Shown here piece after piece: positions 1-12,525 of a stretch of 64,000 bases of DNA. Source of the stretch: Octopus vulgaris (Eukaryota); NCBI GenBank assembly GCA_951406725.2, contig OX597815.1, positions 56,792,001 through 56,856,000 of the forward strand. Direction: 5' to 3'. Under the pieces are notes generated by a model. It was not told the origin of the DNA. It did no database searches and was given only the letters and a program-made list of their open reading frames with translations. The translations under genes were made by a program, and so were the position numbers. Positions within the stretch are counted from its first letter, which is position 1; every line of letters begins with the position of its first letter.

Positions 1-220
1 GTAGTAAGAATGACAGCTTTATCAACCTTTACTTTGGTGTCAAGTTTAATGTCATTTTCATTCCATAGGCAATGGAGTCTGGTAAATGTGTTGGTTGCCT
101 TCACAAGATGGTCGACGATTTCATCATTAAGGGAAGCATTCAAGTTCACTTTATTACCAAGATATGTGAATAACATTACATACTTTAGGCTTTTCCTCGT
201 CAACCTCTATAGGAGTTCTT
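1..220 (-). mobile_element. RTE/BovB-type LINE RT C-terminal fragment (runs off window start)
   Basis: Minus-strand translation reads YLGNKVNLNASLNDEIVDHLVKATNTFTRLH...IKLDTKVKVDKAVIL, typical of the region after the RTE YADD motif. Confidence 0.6.
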
Positions 221-307
221 AGAGAAATTGTATATGTATATATGTACATACACACACATACATGCACACATATATACATACACACCTATATGTACATATA
301 CGTATAT

Positions 308-360
<53 letters not shown>

Positions 361-493
361 ATAATTTATATATTGTATATTTATATTGTGAAATTTGATT
401 TAATACTAAATTGAATTTTTCCCTGTAAGTTTGGAGTTATACTACCTAATATTATTATATATATATAATATATATATGTGTGTGTGTGTATGT

Positions 494-538
<45 letters not shown>

Positions 539-587
539 TAAAAATGGTAAGATAACAAAAAATATTATGTACATAGAGGAATTTATC

Positions 588-776
588 TATAAAATAATAT
601 GTGACAATTATTCAATAGCCAAGACAAAACTCTGAGTTTCGGATGCTGAGGTGGAAATCCACAACACCATCTCCTCAGTTATCTGGCCAGATAACCGAAG
701 AGATGGTGTTGTGGATTTCCACCTCGGCATCCGAAACTCAGAGTTTTATCTTGGCTATTTAATAATTGTCACATAT

Positions 777-785
<9 letters not shown>
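588..785. repeat. 198-bp spacer-less palindrome (99-bp arms, 5 mismatches) between (TA)n tracts; PLE pseudo-LTR-like
   Basis: Centre atctgg|ccagat at 686/687; the arms are reverse complements. Confidence 0.9.
623..683 (-). ncRNA. Type-I hammerhead ribozyme-like motif (mirror copy on + at 690-750 with core CCGAAGA)
   Basis: gataa-CTGAGGA-gatg..gtgga/tccac..catcc-GAAA-ctcagag-TT-ttgtc. Stem II has an offset base; stem III is near-palindromic. Confidence 0.55.
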
Positions 786-834
<49 letters not shown>

Positions 835-1079
835 AAATAAGGATTCAGATAGAATCAGGTTCTTGAAAAATATGCACCAGGTCAGGTTGGATAAACCTGT
901 GGTTCAAGCCAATGGTTGGTAAGTATCAAATAGGATATTCTGGTTGTGTACTCAGAGAAAACCAACCCTATGAATATTTAGCACCTGTTGTTGGTATACT
1001 CTATGGTATCCGACAAGTCATAAATCCCTTTGGTGTATTATAATCAATTGTGAAGTTGGAATATATCCCTTACACGTTT

Positions 1080-2484
1080 GAGTTGTTGAGCAATTGCATT
1101 AATACCCAGTCATAGTGCTGCAAGAGCTATGTCAGACAGAATCTACCTGCTTGAAAGCTATGCAGGTAGCTTGGAAGCTATGTAAGTCAGCAAGTCATTC
1201 ACTTCACAGAATGCAATTAGTTTCCTTCAGACTATTCGTTCCATGACTTTGCTGATGTGTCAGGTCAGAGAGATAGGCTTGTAGTTTTTAGCATTTGCTC
1301 TGCTCCTTCCTTTATGAATAGGGCATATTATTCCCTCCTTCAGTGTGCCTTGGAGCTTACTATTTGCAAGGAAGCTCTGAAAAAGAAGTTGCAGTGGTTT
1401 TGCTAGGGCTCGTTTGCATGACTTAAGAAGGATTGCTGGGAATCCATTGGTGCCAACAGCTGAGTTTGTATCTACCTCATCTATGGCCATTATTACATCC
1501 TCTTCTTTGATGCTGATGTAATCAATTATTACTGCCTCCCTTTCTGCATATATAGTGGCAAAGAATTCTACAGGTTTGCTGGCTTGTATGTGTCCTAAGG
1601 GTGGGGCGAAGACACTTCTGAATTGTTTCACTTATCCTCATTGAGTTTCCCATGAGGAAGCCATCTTTTTAGAGGAGTACCTCTACCTTGCAACACACCA
1701 AGGTAGTTTCTTTGGCATACTTACAGAAGGATTTAGGGTTTGATTTTATATTTTTTATAACTCAAGCTTCTTTGTCTGCCCTTTCTTTTTCATGAGAACA
1801 TTTCAGATGTTTCTCAATCTCCAGCAGTGCTGTTTCCAAGCAGGACTTCTCACTGCCATTGAGTTCTCTGTTAAAGCAGTTTTCAATCTTTGTATGCCAT
1901 CTCTTGAGAACTTTTTTTCTCTCTGGGAATCTTGTTTTAATGTGCCTTCCTCTCTAGGACAAAAATTTGTCCTATGGCTTGCTTTATGGACATTAATTCT
2001 TTAAATTTCATCTCAGTGTCAGGTGTAGAGATATTGGGCCAATCCTGTTTGATGATCTCTTTCTCAATTGTTTTTCAGTCTGCTTTGTGGTAGTTCAGAT
2101 TGGATAGATTTTGAGTGCTTCTCTTAAGCAGCATGTCTGTGGATTCCTATAGTCCATACATGGTTAGTTCTATTATGTTGTGATCCATATGTCCCTGTCA
2201 TATTATGGATGAGATTCACATTGTTTGCCCTAGTTTGGTTGGAGCTTTACTTGCTCCATGTATAAATTGTTGGTGAGGTTGAGCAGAGATTCCACATTGC
2301 ATCATTCCTGAGACGAAAAGTACACCAGGCCATCCTACATTGGGTAGGCTGAAGTCTCCCATGAGAAGTACATTGATGTGCTCTTCTAGTTTGGTTAAGA
2401 TTTCTTCTATTTTTGCAAAGCAATCTTTGTGATTTGAAGCATCTGGTGGGTGATATATAGTTCATATAACTATATTGAATTGTC

Positions 2485-2487
<3 letters not shown>
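1080..2487 (-). mobile_element. Degenerate CR1/Jockey-group LINE, ORF2 (EN end to RT start)
   Basis: ORF 1260-1631: SAVGTNGFPAILLKSCKRALAKPL...PIHKGRSRANAKNYKPISLT, followed by stops. Continues beyond the RTE insertion at about 4790. Confidence 0.7.
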
Positions 2488-2523
<36 letters not shown>

Positions 2524-4790
2524 GTTTAACGTCCGCGTTCCATGCTAGCATGGGTTGGACGGTTCAAATGGGGTCTGGGAAGCCGGAAGGCTGCACCAGG
2601 CCCAGTCTGATCTGGCAGTGTTTCTACAGCTGGATGCCCTTCCTAACGCCAACCACTCCGTGAGTGTAGTGGGTGCTTTTTACATGCCACGGGCACAGGT
2701 GCCAGACAGGGCTGGCAAACAGTCACGATCGGATGGTGCCTTTTACATGCCACCGGCACGAGGCCAGACAAGGCTGGTAACGGTGCTTTTTATGTGCCAC
2801 TGGCACAGATGCCAGTCAGGGCGGCGCTGGCTATGGCCACGTTCGGATGGTTCTCTTACGTGATATCAGCACTGATATCACAGCTACAAATTCCATTGAT
2901 GTTGATCGATTACAATTTTGATTTTCACTTGCCTCAACAGGTCTTCACAAGTAGAGTTTTATGTCCCAAGAAGGAAAGGAGTGCATAAGTGGGCTGGCTA
3001 CATCCCAGGTAGAGGCCACGGGTTATGGCCTCACTTGTCCTGCCGGGTCTTCTCACGCATAGCATACTTCCAAAGGTCTCGGTCTCAAGTCATTTCCTCG
3101 GTGAGACCTAAAGTTTGAAGGTCGTACTTCACCACCTTGTCCCAGGTTTTCCTGGGTCTACCTCTTCCACAGGTTCCCTCAACTGCACTTTTTCACACAA
3201 CTATCTTCATCCATTCTCGCCACTTGACCATACCAGCACAAACGTCTCTCTTGCACACCACAACTGATGCTTCTTAGGTCCAACTTTTCTCTCAAGGTAC
3301 TTACACTCTGTCAAGTATGAACACTGACATTACACATCCATTGGAGCATACTGGGTTCATTTCTTGTGAGCTTACGCATATCCTCAGCAGTCACGGCCCA
3401 TGTTTCACTGCCTTTTACTCTGAGCGAGAGGCCTTTTGTCACCAGCAGAGGTAAGAGCTCTCTGAACTTTGCCCAGGCTATTCTTACTCTAGCAGTTACA
3501 CTTTCAGCACACCCGCCCCCGCTACTGACTTAGTCAGCTAGGTAACGGAAGCTATCAACTATTTCTAGTTTTTCTCCCTGGAATGTGGCGGAAAATGGTC
3601 TCTGCATATTTTCAGTGTTTATTGCTCCTGAGCACCTGCCACATACAAAAACTATCTTCCTAGTTAGCCTTCCTTTGACATTGCTGCACCTCTTATGTGT
3701 CCATAGCTTACACTTGGTGCATCTTATAGAGTTTCTACCTACGCCTTTTCTACAGATCGAGCAGGATCATCTACGTGAAGGTGTTTGTGATTTGTCTACC
3801 TTCCTACTTATTAGGACTTTGGTTTTAGCTAGGTTGACTCTAAGGCCCTTCGATTCTAATCCTTGCTTACACACCTGAAACTTCTCTTCCAGTTCTGATA
3901 AGGACTCAGCAATTAGGGCAAGGTCATCAGCATAGAGGAGCTTCCAGGGGCATCCTGTCTTGAATTCCTCCGTTATTGCCTGGAGGACTATGATAAATAG
4001 GAGGGGGCTGAGAACTGAACTTTGGTGAACCCCAACCTCTACCCGGAATTCTTCACTGTACTCGTCGCCAACCCTCACCTTACTAACAGCGTCCCTGTAC
4101 ATGGCTCGTACAGCTCTCACTAACCATACATCTATCCCTAGTTTCCTCATTGACCACCAGATCGGGGGACCCTGTCAAAGACTTTCTTCATGTCAACGAA
4201 AGCCAGGTACAGAGGTTTATCTTTGGCTAAGTATTTCTCCTGCAGCTGTCTCACCAGAAATATGGCATCAGTGGTACTTTTCCCTGGCACGAAACCAAAC
4301 TGCATCTCATCCAAGCTGACTCTCTCCTTAATCTGTTGGGCTATGACCTTCTCCGTAACCTTCATTACCTGATCCAACAGCTTGATACCTCTGTAATTAT
4401 TTGTATCTAGTGCGTCACCTTTACCTTTGTAGCAGTTGACTATTATGCTGCTACACCAGTCATTGGGTATGACTCCTTCGTGTATCACCTGATTAACTAT
4501 GCGGGTGACTAGGCTATAGCTGACACTGCCAGATATTTTGAGCATCTCTGCAGTAATTCCTGATGGGCCTGGGGCTTTCCCTGTCTTCATGCTTCTAATT
4601 GCCTTAACTACTAAGGAACTGTCAACTCGGATAGCTGGTCCCTCTGTTGGGTCGACATTCGGCAGACTCTCTTTATCCCATTCATTTTCTTTATTGAGCA
4701 ACCTTTCATAGTGGCATCTCTAAACCTCTCTCTTTGCATCCTCATTTAGCGCAAGTGAACCATCATCCATGCGAACACATTTCTCTCCTA
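2488..4790 (-). mobile_element. 5'-truncated RTE LINE with (GAT)n tail, nested in the CR1-like copy
   Basis: GKAPGPSGITAEML, NYRGIKLL, QFGFVPGKSTTDAIF, LAFVDMKKVFDRV, GVHQSSVLSPLLF, LLYADDLAL; frameshifted; (CAT)n on + at 2488-2523. Confidence 0.9.
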
Positions 4791-6150
4791 CCACATTATG
4801 ATTTTCTCTCACACACTGTCTTGCAACACAAAATACCTCTCATATGTACAATTAGTGTGTCTCACACCAAGTTTGAGTGCAACAAAAGGATCTGGGGTGG
4901 GAGATCTTCACAGCTGTACATTGCAACTCCACAAGTCCTGTTTTTCTGTTACTTCACAGTACAACATATTTTGCTATGTATATTTCTGTATCTGTGATGT
5001 CAGATTTTAGGTGTTTTGGTGAGTGCAATGCATAGGGTTTGATTGCATGCCACAGGGTCTCTCAGGAAGGGAATTTTGCTTCTGTTACAGAATTGTGACA
5101 ATCCTCTTATGTTCATACAGAATATTGATGTTATATCTGTGTTGATGCCAATAGTGGCCACTCTGAATTCATTTGCTGTGGTAATCATTTATGTTGGTGA
5201 GGATGGCTCCAACCCTGGAACTGATGTAGCCAGGACACTTGCTGTACAATCTTTTGTGCCATGCATAAAAACGATTGTTGCTCAGCTACAGCCCTTAGGA
5301 TAGCTTGTAGATAGGGCTGGCTGTTGAAGTTAGTGCACACTACATTAGCATATTTTTGTTTTGATGCCGGTGATGCAGAACTTTATCCCCTTTGAGGGTC
5401 TTTCTTTGTCTTTGGATCCCTTTTGAGGGAAGTTTTTGTTCTGCCTGTCATGGTTTTGGATGTAGGAAGCAGCAGTTTGCCCCATCATCTCCATACCAGC
5501 TGACACTGCACAGGTAGAATTTACACACTTGTGTGCACTCCCAAATTATATTATTTGTACCTTCATGTATAGGCTATCTGGCTTGTTTCTTTCTTTAGTA
5601 ATTTTTCTTGGTGAGGGGCTCTCTTTTGTTTTTCCTACTTTTTTTTTGTGTCATCATCAGAGGCTTCTGTTTTCCTTTTTTCTTCATATACTATACCTTC
5701 TGCCTTTTTCAGCTTTTTACTTTTTTAACCCTTTCATCTCTTTGGTTGTTCACATTGGTAGTGGCAGGGCCATTTGTGCTGCTGTCTCCTTCTTTGGCAG
5801 GTCTCTTATTTGTATTTCCATCTATGTTCTCATGTGGATCAACAGAACCAAGGTAACATCTTTCACTCACATCAGTGTCACCATCCTTGTCATTTTTTAA
5901 TTTTGAATTTCTGTTCAAAGATGGTGTCAAGGATGCTAATGTGAGGTCAGATAAGATCATAGGAGTGGATGAATTCTTGTTTCTTCCATTCTATCTGAAC
6001 TGTGATCCTTATGTAGCCGTTGCTCTTTAGAGCTGCCATTATAATGTTATTTGGGTTGTACCCATCAGCTATTTAAGAACCTCTCAGGAATTATTTTAAT
6101 TCTGCACTTAGCCAATTTTGAGACATCTTTAGTTTGCTATTTTCTCCTGT
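4790..6150 (-). mobile_element. 5' part of the same CR1-like LINE (APE start and ORF1 remnant)
   Basis: APE N-terminal motif IFCMNIRGL...CIALTKT at 5000-5130; low-complexity ORF1-like remnant upstream. Confidence 0.55.
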
Positions 6151-7388
6151 ATATTTTTAGAGAGAGGTTGAGATAAGGAGAGAGATAGAAAGAAAGATAT
6201 TGAGATGTAAGTTTGTATAGATCTATGAGTGAACAAGAGAGGTTGAAATAATGGCATGGGTCCAAGAGTGAAAATATCTATATATGGGACAAGGAGAAAG
6301 ATCTATATCTGTATCTATAATTTCTCTATAAATATGTTCCCATATACACACATGTACAAAAGAGAGAGAGGGGCAGAGAGAGAGAGAAAGAAAGAGAAAC
6401 AGAGAGAAAGGGGAAATTATGTTTTTATGTTTGACTATTTTATATCATAAGGAAACGGTGAGAAGAGAAATCAAAGAAATTAAGCAATCAATTAATTAAT
6501 TTGGGTACTGAAATGGACAACAGCACATATTGAAACAAAAAAGGTATAAAACAAATTCTTACCTGATTTTATTAACTTTCCATATGCTAATGTAAATAAC
6601 GCACAAGAAATTTGTCTGCCTCGTAAAATTAAAACACCTTACTTATGGCTGCATAAAATCTCAAAGGTCAATTACTTACATCCTTTCAATTTTATTGTTA
6701 ATCAATTAAATAACTAAGTTTTCCTGAGAACTTTGTAATTGTATACTGTTTTCCTTTAGGCTATATAGATTCTATGAAGGAATTTTTAAACTGTTTCCTT
6801 TTTGGCTACATAGATTCAGTGAAGAAAGTCTTAAACACAGGCAAGAATTTTGAAGGTTGAGCACAAATTATATCAATTTAATGCCTGTCTCAATCAGAAA
6901 ATATTATTGATATCGTACTTTTGCAAATTTTCTCAGCTTTTTGCAGGAACAATAATCCCAAGTGTGAAGTGCTGGCCGCCATCTTAATATAAATATATTG
7001 TAACTTTTTTCTATATATTGCAAGCTGGGGCAAACTACTCCTATGTCTGGCAGACTAGTATCCATCACCAAAGATGACCACAATGAGGTTGAAACTGTAT
7101 GGACTGGTAGTCTCAGAGATAGAATAGTAGGGAGTTCTTTCCCCACTTGCATAATATTTCAAGTGTGAAGCACACTGAATGACCAGATGGAGGAGGCATT
7201 CTCCTGAGATTAAGATAACAATACTGTCTGTTCTTATAGAACACCTTTGTTTGGATTGTAATAAACATTACTTTTCAGCATAAATAGTGCTTTCATCTCT
7301 AATAGAGATTTTCTTAATGAGCTAGTTTATTTGATGTATATATATATATACGTATGTATGTATGTATGTATGTATGCATGTGTGTCTA

Positions 7389-8393
7389 TCATCATCATCA
7401 TCATCATCATTTAACGTCCGCTTTCCATGCTAGCATGGGTTGGACGGTTCAACTGGCGTCTGGGGAGCCCGAAAGCTGCACCAGTCCAGTCAGATCTGGC
7501 AGTGTTTCTACAGCTGGATGCCCTTCCTAACGCCAACCACTCCGAGAGTGTAGTGGGTGATTTTATGTGCCACCGACACAGGTGCCAGACGAGGCTGGCA
7601 AACGGCCACGCTCGGATGGTGTTTTTTATGTGCCACCGACACAGGTGCCAGACGAGGCTGGCAGACGGCCACGCTCGGATGGTGTTTTTATGTGCCACCG
7701 ACACAGGTGCCAGATGAGGCTGGCAAACGGCCACGATCGGATGGTGCTTGTTACGTGCCCACAGCACAGAGGCCAGTCGATGCGGTACTGGCTACGGCCA
7801 CGTTCGGATGGTTTTCTTGTGTGCCACGTGCCACCGGCACTGGTACCACAAAGATACAAATTCCATTGATGTTCATCTATTTTGATTTGTTTTGATTTTC
7901 ACTTGCCTCAACAGGTCTTCACAAGTGTCACAAGAAGGAAGGTATGCACAGGTGGACTGACTACGTCCCAGGTAGGGGCCATGGGTTATGGCCTGACTAG
8001 TCTTGCCGGGTCTTCGGATGGTGTTTTTATGTGCCACCGACACAGGTGCTAGATGAGGCTGGCGAACGGCCATGATCGGATGGTGTTTGTCATGTGCCCA
8101 CCGCACTGACTACAGCACTGATGGATTTCTTGTGTGCCACAGGCACTGGTACCACAAGATACAAATTCCATTGATGTTCATCTATTTTGTCTATTTTGAT
8201 TTGATTTGATTTTCACTTGCCTCAACCGGTCTTCACAAGTGTCACAAGAAGGAAGGTATGCACAGGTGGACTGACTAGTCTTGCCGGGTCTTCGGAAGGT
8301 GTTTTTATGTGCCACCGACACAGGTGCCAGATGAGGCTGGCGAACGGCCATGATCGGATGGTGTTTGTTACGTGCCCACAGCACGGAGGCCGG

Positions 8394-8397
<4 letters not shown>
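7389..8397 (-). mobile_element. RTE 3'-UTR-derived repeat with (GAT)n tail, internal 62-63-bp minisatellite and duplicated blocks
   Basis: Same 3' sequence as 2488-3050; unit atgtgccaccgacacaggtgccaga...ggatggtgtttt recurs at 7565, 7628, 7690, ~8029 and ~8307. Confidence 0.8.
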
Positions 8398-8433
<36 letters not shown>

Positions 8434-8455
8434 TATAAATAAATATATATATATA

Positions 8456-11066
8456 TGGAAAGAGAAAGCAGTTGTATACTGTCAACTTAACGTGACAGTC
8501 CCATAAAGGGAATCACACCACCACTATTTAGCCCTAGGAAGGATCAATGCTTCCTGTCGGCTTTGACACATTTCCTGTGTCCTTATGTTTACAAAGAGGA
8601 GACAAGCACCCCCAACAGCTAGGCCTGCATCCAGAGACATGTTTCTGAGTCTTACTCGTCATCAGTCTGGAGTAGCATGGCCTTTTCTCTTTATTACGAT
8701 TATTGCAATCAAACATAGAAGGGGCAGCACAGGACACTACAAACATTTAAAAGAAGTTATTTAGCGAATTTTTTTTATGACGATATATTAAAAATTGACT
8801 TATATAATGTTTTTAAAAATTTTGATATTACTTCATTTTACCTTTTATTAAGTTCCAAGTAGTTTCTTTTTACCATGGATGAGTTAAGTAGGGAGACTCA
8901 CTCCCAACTTCCTTACCACATCTTTCCCTCTTTCCTTATATGCTCTTTTCAACAGGTGCCTTTTCTCCAGCCCTATCTTGCTTTTCAGGTGGTACCTGAA
9001 GTAATATAGCATTCCAGAGCCAGAGATGAAGGTCCCTGACGTCAAACCTTGCATTCTGGTTCTCTATGCATGCACTTTCATAAATGCGACTGTACATAGA
9101 AAACAAGCCTCACCTTCCTTAGATAGTCTGGTGGGTGGTACATTCTTAATCACAGACTCAGCCAATAGCTGTACTCTTCCCAAATGTGACAACACATGTT
9201 CTACGTAAATTGTCATCTCTGAAAGCTGGGTGCACTGTACAAGAGCATGCATGACAGTTTCCATATCCTGCCCGCATCTTGGGCATTCGGGTGGCACTGA
9301 AATCCTGTGCCTGGACAATTTCTCGTAAACAGGTAACGCGTTCCTGAAACACTGCCAGGTCAGGGATCTTTGGTAATTGTCCAAATACCCCGCCCAGAAA
9401 TTGTTCCGAAACAGGTTGGATAGCTGGTCCCCATCAACTCCCAGAGTCTCTCCTAGCATGTCGTCACTTTTAAACTCTACCAACCCTTTGTGCAATGCAG
9501 AGGTAGTATTTCCACTGCTGGCCTTACCCGCCTTGTGGATTAGCGCAAGTGCCTGCCGACATTCCTTTTGCCATTCAGTCGTCTTTTGTCTTTCAATCAA
9601 ACTGGGTTTAAATTCCTCCAGGTCCAGGTTAGCGCTTCTACCTTGTTAGTCACCTCACTCCAATTCTTCTCCATCTGGGAGCCTGACCAAACCAGACTCC
9701 AAGCAACTTAACAGGACCGTCCGTCCAGTGCTCTACGACACTGGACGTTATCGGCTTGCTTATCCAGGTGCTGAGCCGAAAACCAATGGACTTGTCCATA
9801 TTAACTTTTGCCCCTTCCACCGTCTCATACCTTCTGATTTCCTCCGCTACACAAGATAGCTGAGTCATCTTGGATACAGTGATGGTGACGTCATCCGCAT
9901 GCACAGAGACACTCTTACCACATCCAATTTCATTAGTGGTGCTTCCCAACTTCAACATCCGCAGCAATGGCCCGAGAGTCAGTACATACAGAAGCGGAGA
10001 CAGAGGACACCCTTGACGAACTGAATGCCTGATCTCAAACAGCTCCGACAGGTAACCGTTCAACTGAACTGTGGATTTGATGCCACCATAAATGGCCTTG
10101 ATCCAACCGCTGAAATCTGGGCCCAGCCCAGCCACCTCAAGGACTGCCGCCAGGTACCTATGGTCAACCTTATCGAAGGCTTTACTTTGGTCTAAATGGA
10201 CCAGTTCCCCACCATTACCGGAAACTTTACCTACCCTGTCTAAGGTGTAGCGTAAGAGATGAAGATTGTCCTAGATCGACCTGCCAGGGATGGCACAAGT
10301 TTGCGCCTTCCCAACAAGTTTCTCTACAACAACTGTCAACATTTTTGCAAGCACCTTGGCCAAAATCTTTAACTCTATATTTAGCAGAGTTATGGGCCTG
10401 AAATTACTAATATGGTCCCCATTGCTTGGGTCTTTTCTGACCAGTGTTACCACTCCCCAACTCGTAGGGCAGACCACATTCGGCCAGCACCACTTCGACC
10501 TCTGCAGCTGTGATAGGCCCTTCACAGCACCTCGCCTCACTTGCCGAGAGTCACAGCCCGTCGGCCAAGAATTCCTTTAAGGGCTTCCCATGGTCCAACG
10601 CCTTGCTCGTCCCAAACAGCCAGGCGAAATGCTGATGAAAGGCCTTCTGCATCTCCTCCTATCCTTCGATCAAGCAACCCTGTTCGTCAATTAAAGACTG
10701 TACAGAGGCTTCTCTGCCTCTCTGACTCTCCACACGATGGGCCCATCCAGCAACGTTAATACCTTCTCTCCCCACTGCGCGTAACTTAGCCCTGACTCTA
10801 CAACCTTCATGTTTGGCTTGGAAGTGCCGAAATAATACCGTTCTCACTGCCAGCACTCTGGATGCAGAATCTGATGCTATGTCCTCCTCTAATTCCTTAG
10901 TTAACTGCCCTTCTATTCTAGTCCCCTCTAAACTTAGTGCTTTAATAAATCTGAGAGATTCTAAATGAATGGCTCGTTTGAGGGTGCATCACCGTCTGTT
11001 GTTCATGACAGCTCCGCATAATGCCCTCTGTACTATCTCCCTAATCCAGGTACGGAAGACTTTACT
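8456..11066 (-). mobile_element. Tx1/L1-type LINE, 5'-truncated inverted copy (family A)
   Basis: Reverse complement of 13282-15747 with reciprocal deletions; NFRPITLLN, RQGCPLSPLLY, HADDVT, C-terminal CPRC..ETVMHALVQC zinc finger. Confidence 0.9.
8621..8684 (-). ncRNA. Minimal type-I hammerhead ribozyme in the 3' region of the Tx1-like element
   Basis: aggcc-a-tgc-tac-tccaga CTGATGA cgagt-aag-actca GAAA catg TC tctgga-t-gca-ggcct: intact core, GUC triplet, palindromic ACAUGU stem III, extended stem I with internal loop. Confidence 0.8.
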
Positions 11067-11071
11067 GTGCA

Positions 11072-12248
11072 ATGGAGGATGCTATGATGGCAAACTTTGA
11101 TTTTTTAATGTGCAATGCTGACTTCCCACTTTTGCAGGAAGAAAATTATTGTGTGGAACAGATCAACACTGAAATTAACCCAGTCGATAAAAAGGCAAAC
11201 AGTTTTTCTGCCACTGTTGGCAGTCAATTCGTTGATTTGGAAGTTTCAAAGGAACATCTATTTAAATACAGAAATTTAATTAAACGAACCGGGAGTGAAA
11301 CAAGACTCATTCCATGTAAAGAAATAATTCAGAATCTTGAAGTGAGAACTGTTGTTTACAAAATTTACAACAGAAAGGAAAAACGCATTATGGCTATGAA
11401 AACTGATTTGATAGAAAAATGTCTAGCCCCCATTTGGGGAAAAATAAAATATTTCAGGAAAGGCCCGCACATTGCAATGATAGAGGCACAATTTGAAAGC
11501 GCCGAAACAGCCAAGGAAGTGTCCACACAGACACTGATAACTGATGACATTTTGTTATTACCAATGTATCTCGGCCGGAGAACCGCAAAAATAATAATTG
11601 AGGAGATTCCGTCCGGGTACGATGTATATTGGTTTGCTACAGCTCTGATTCACGACACAGAGGAGGAGATAAACATTCTCTCTATGAAAAAAACAAAGGC
11701 AATTAATTGGAAGGGCCAGGCATTAGAATTAGTGGTCCAAGCTTTGAATGAGACGCTTGAATCCAGGCCAGACAGGATTTTAATAAGGGAAGGACTGAGC
11801 ACGAGAGTGTCAGTGGAGGGACGATGGCCTAGATGTTACAAATGTGGTGAGAAAGGTCACGTTCGCTCTGAATGTGAGAAAGTAAAAAAATCCGATGCAG
11901 AAGAAAACAGTGGTCTCTCCCCAACTGGAAAAAGACCAAGAGAAAAAAGCAAAAGACAAAAAAATTGAATCGACAGAAGAAACAAGCAAAACCAGAAAAA
12001 GTCAAGAAAAAGAGAAACCAACAGAAACAGAAAAAGCGAAAGGAACAACATATGAACAAATGGAGTATACAGTAGTAACTCATAAAAGGAAAAAATCCAT
12101 TGGCGTTGACTCCCCTCCCCTTACAAGAAAACGAAAAGAAATAATGCAAAACACAGAAAAAAAATACCCCTGTCCACTTCGAAATCGAAACCCACCCACA
12201 AACCCATACAAGAAGAAAAAATTGTCTCCTACAACACAAAAAATGTAG
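11072..12248 (+). pseudogene. Tx1 ORF1 (gag-like zinc knuckle), frameshifted near 11960
   Basis: CYKCGEKGHVRSEC (CX2CX4HX4C); K/E-rich tail continues in another frame. Confidence 0.8.
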
Positions 12249-12525
12249 TGTTACATGATTTGATAACAAGGATGAAATGTACTGTGATTGGACCTATAGA
12301 AGGAAAACTGAAACATTTGCAACAAGCAAGAATCGATGATTAACACTTCGAACAATTTAAAAAACGGTACTCAAATGACATTTTTGATGTAAGTCATTAT
12401 ATTGTGAAAGAAAAAATTATTTTAGCACCAACGGCTATACCAGATGGAAAAGATACAGGAGGAGGGGAAGACGAAAGTCGTGAAGCCTAAAAGAAAAATA
12501 TGGTAAATAACAATATTTTTTTATC

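Noticed and set aside
6745-6835. Diverged 45-bp tandem duplication and nearby acceptor-like sites
   Set aside because: No open exon or other function evident.
7560-7760. CRISPR-like regular repeats
   Set aside because: Contiguous tandem units without unique spacers, inside an RTE tail, in eukaryotic DNA with no cas genes.
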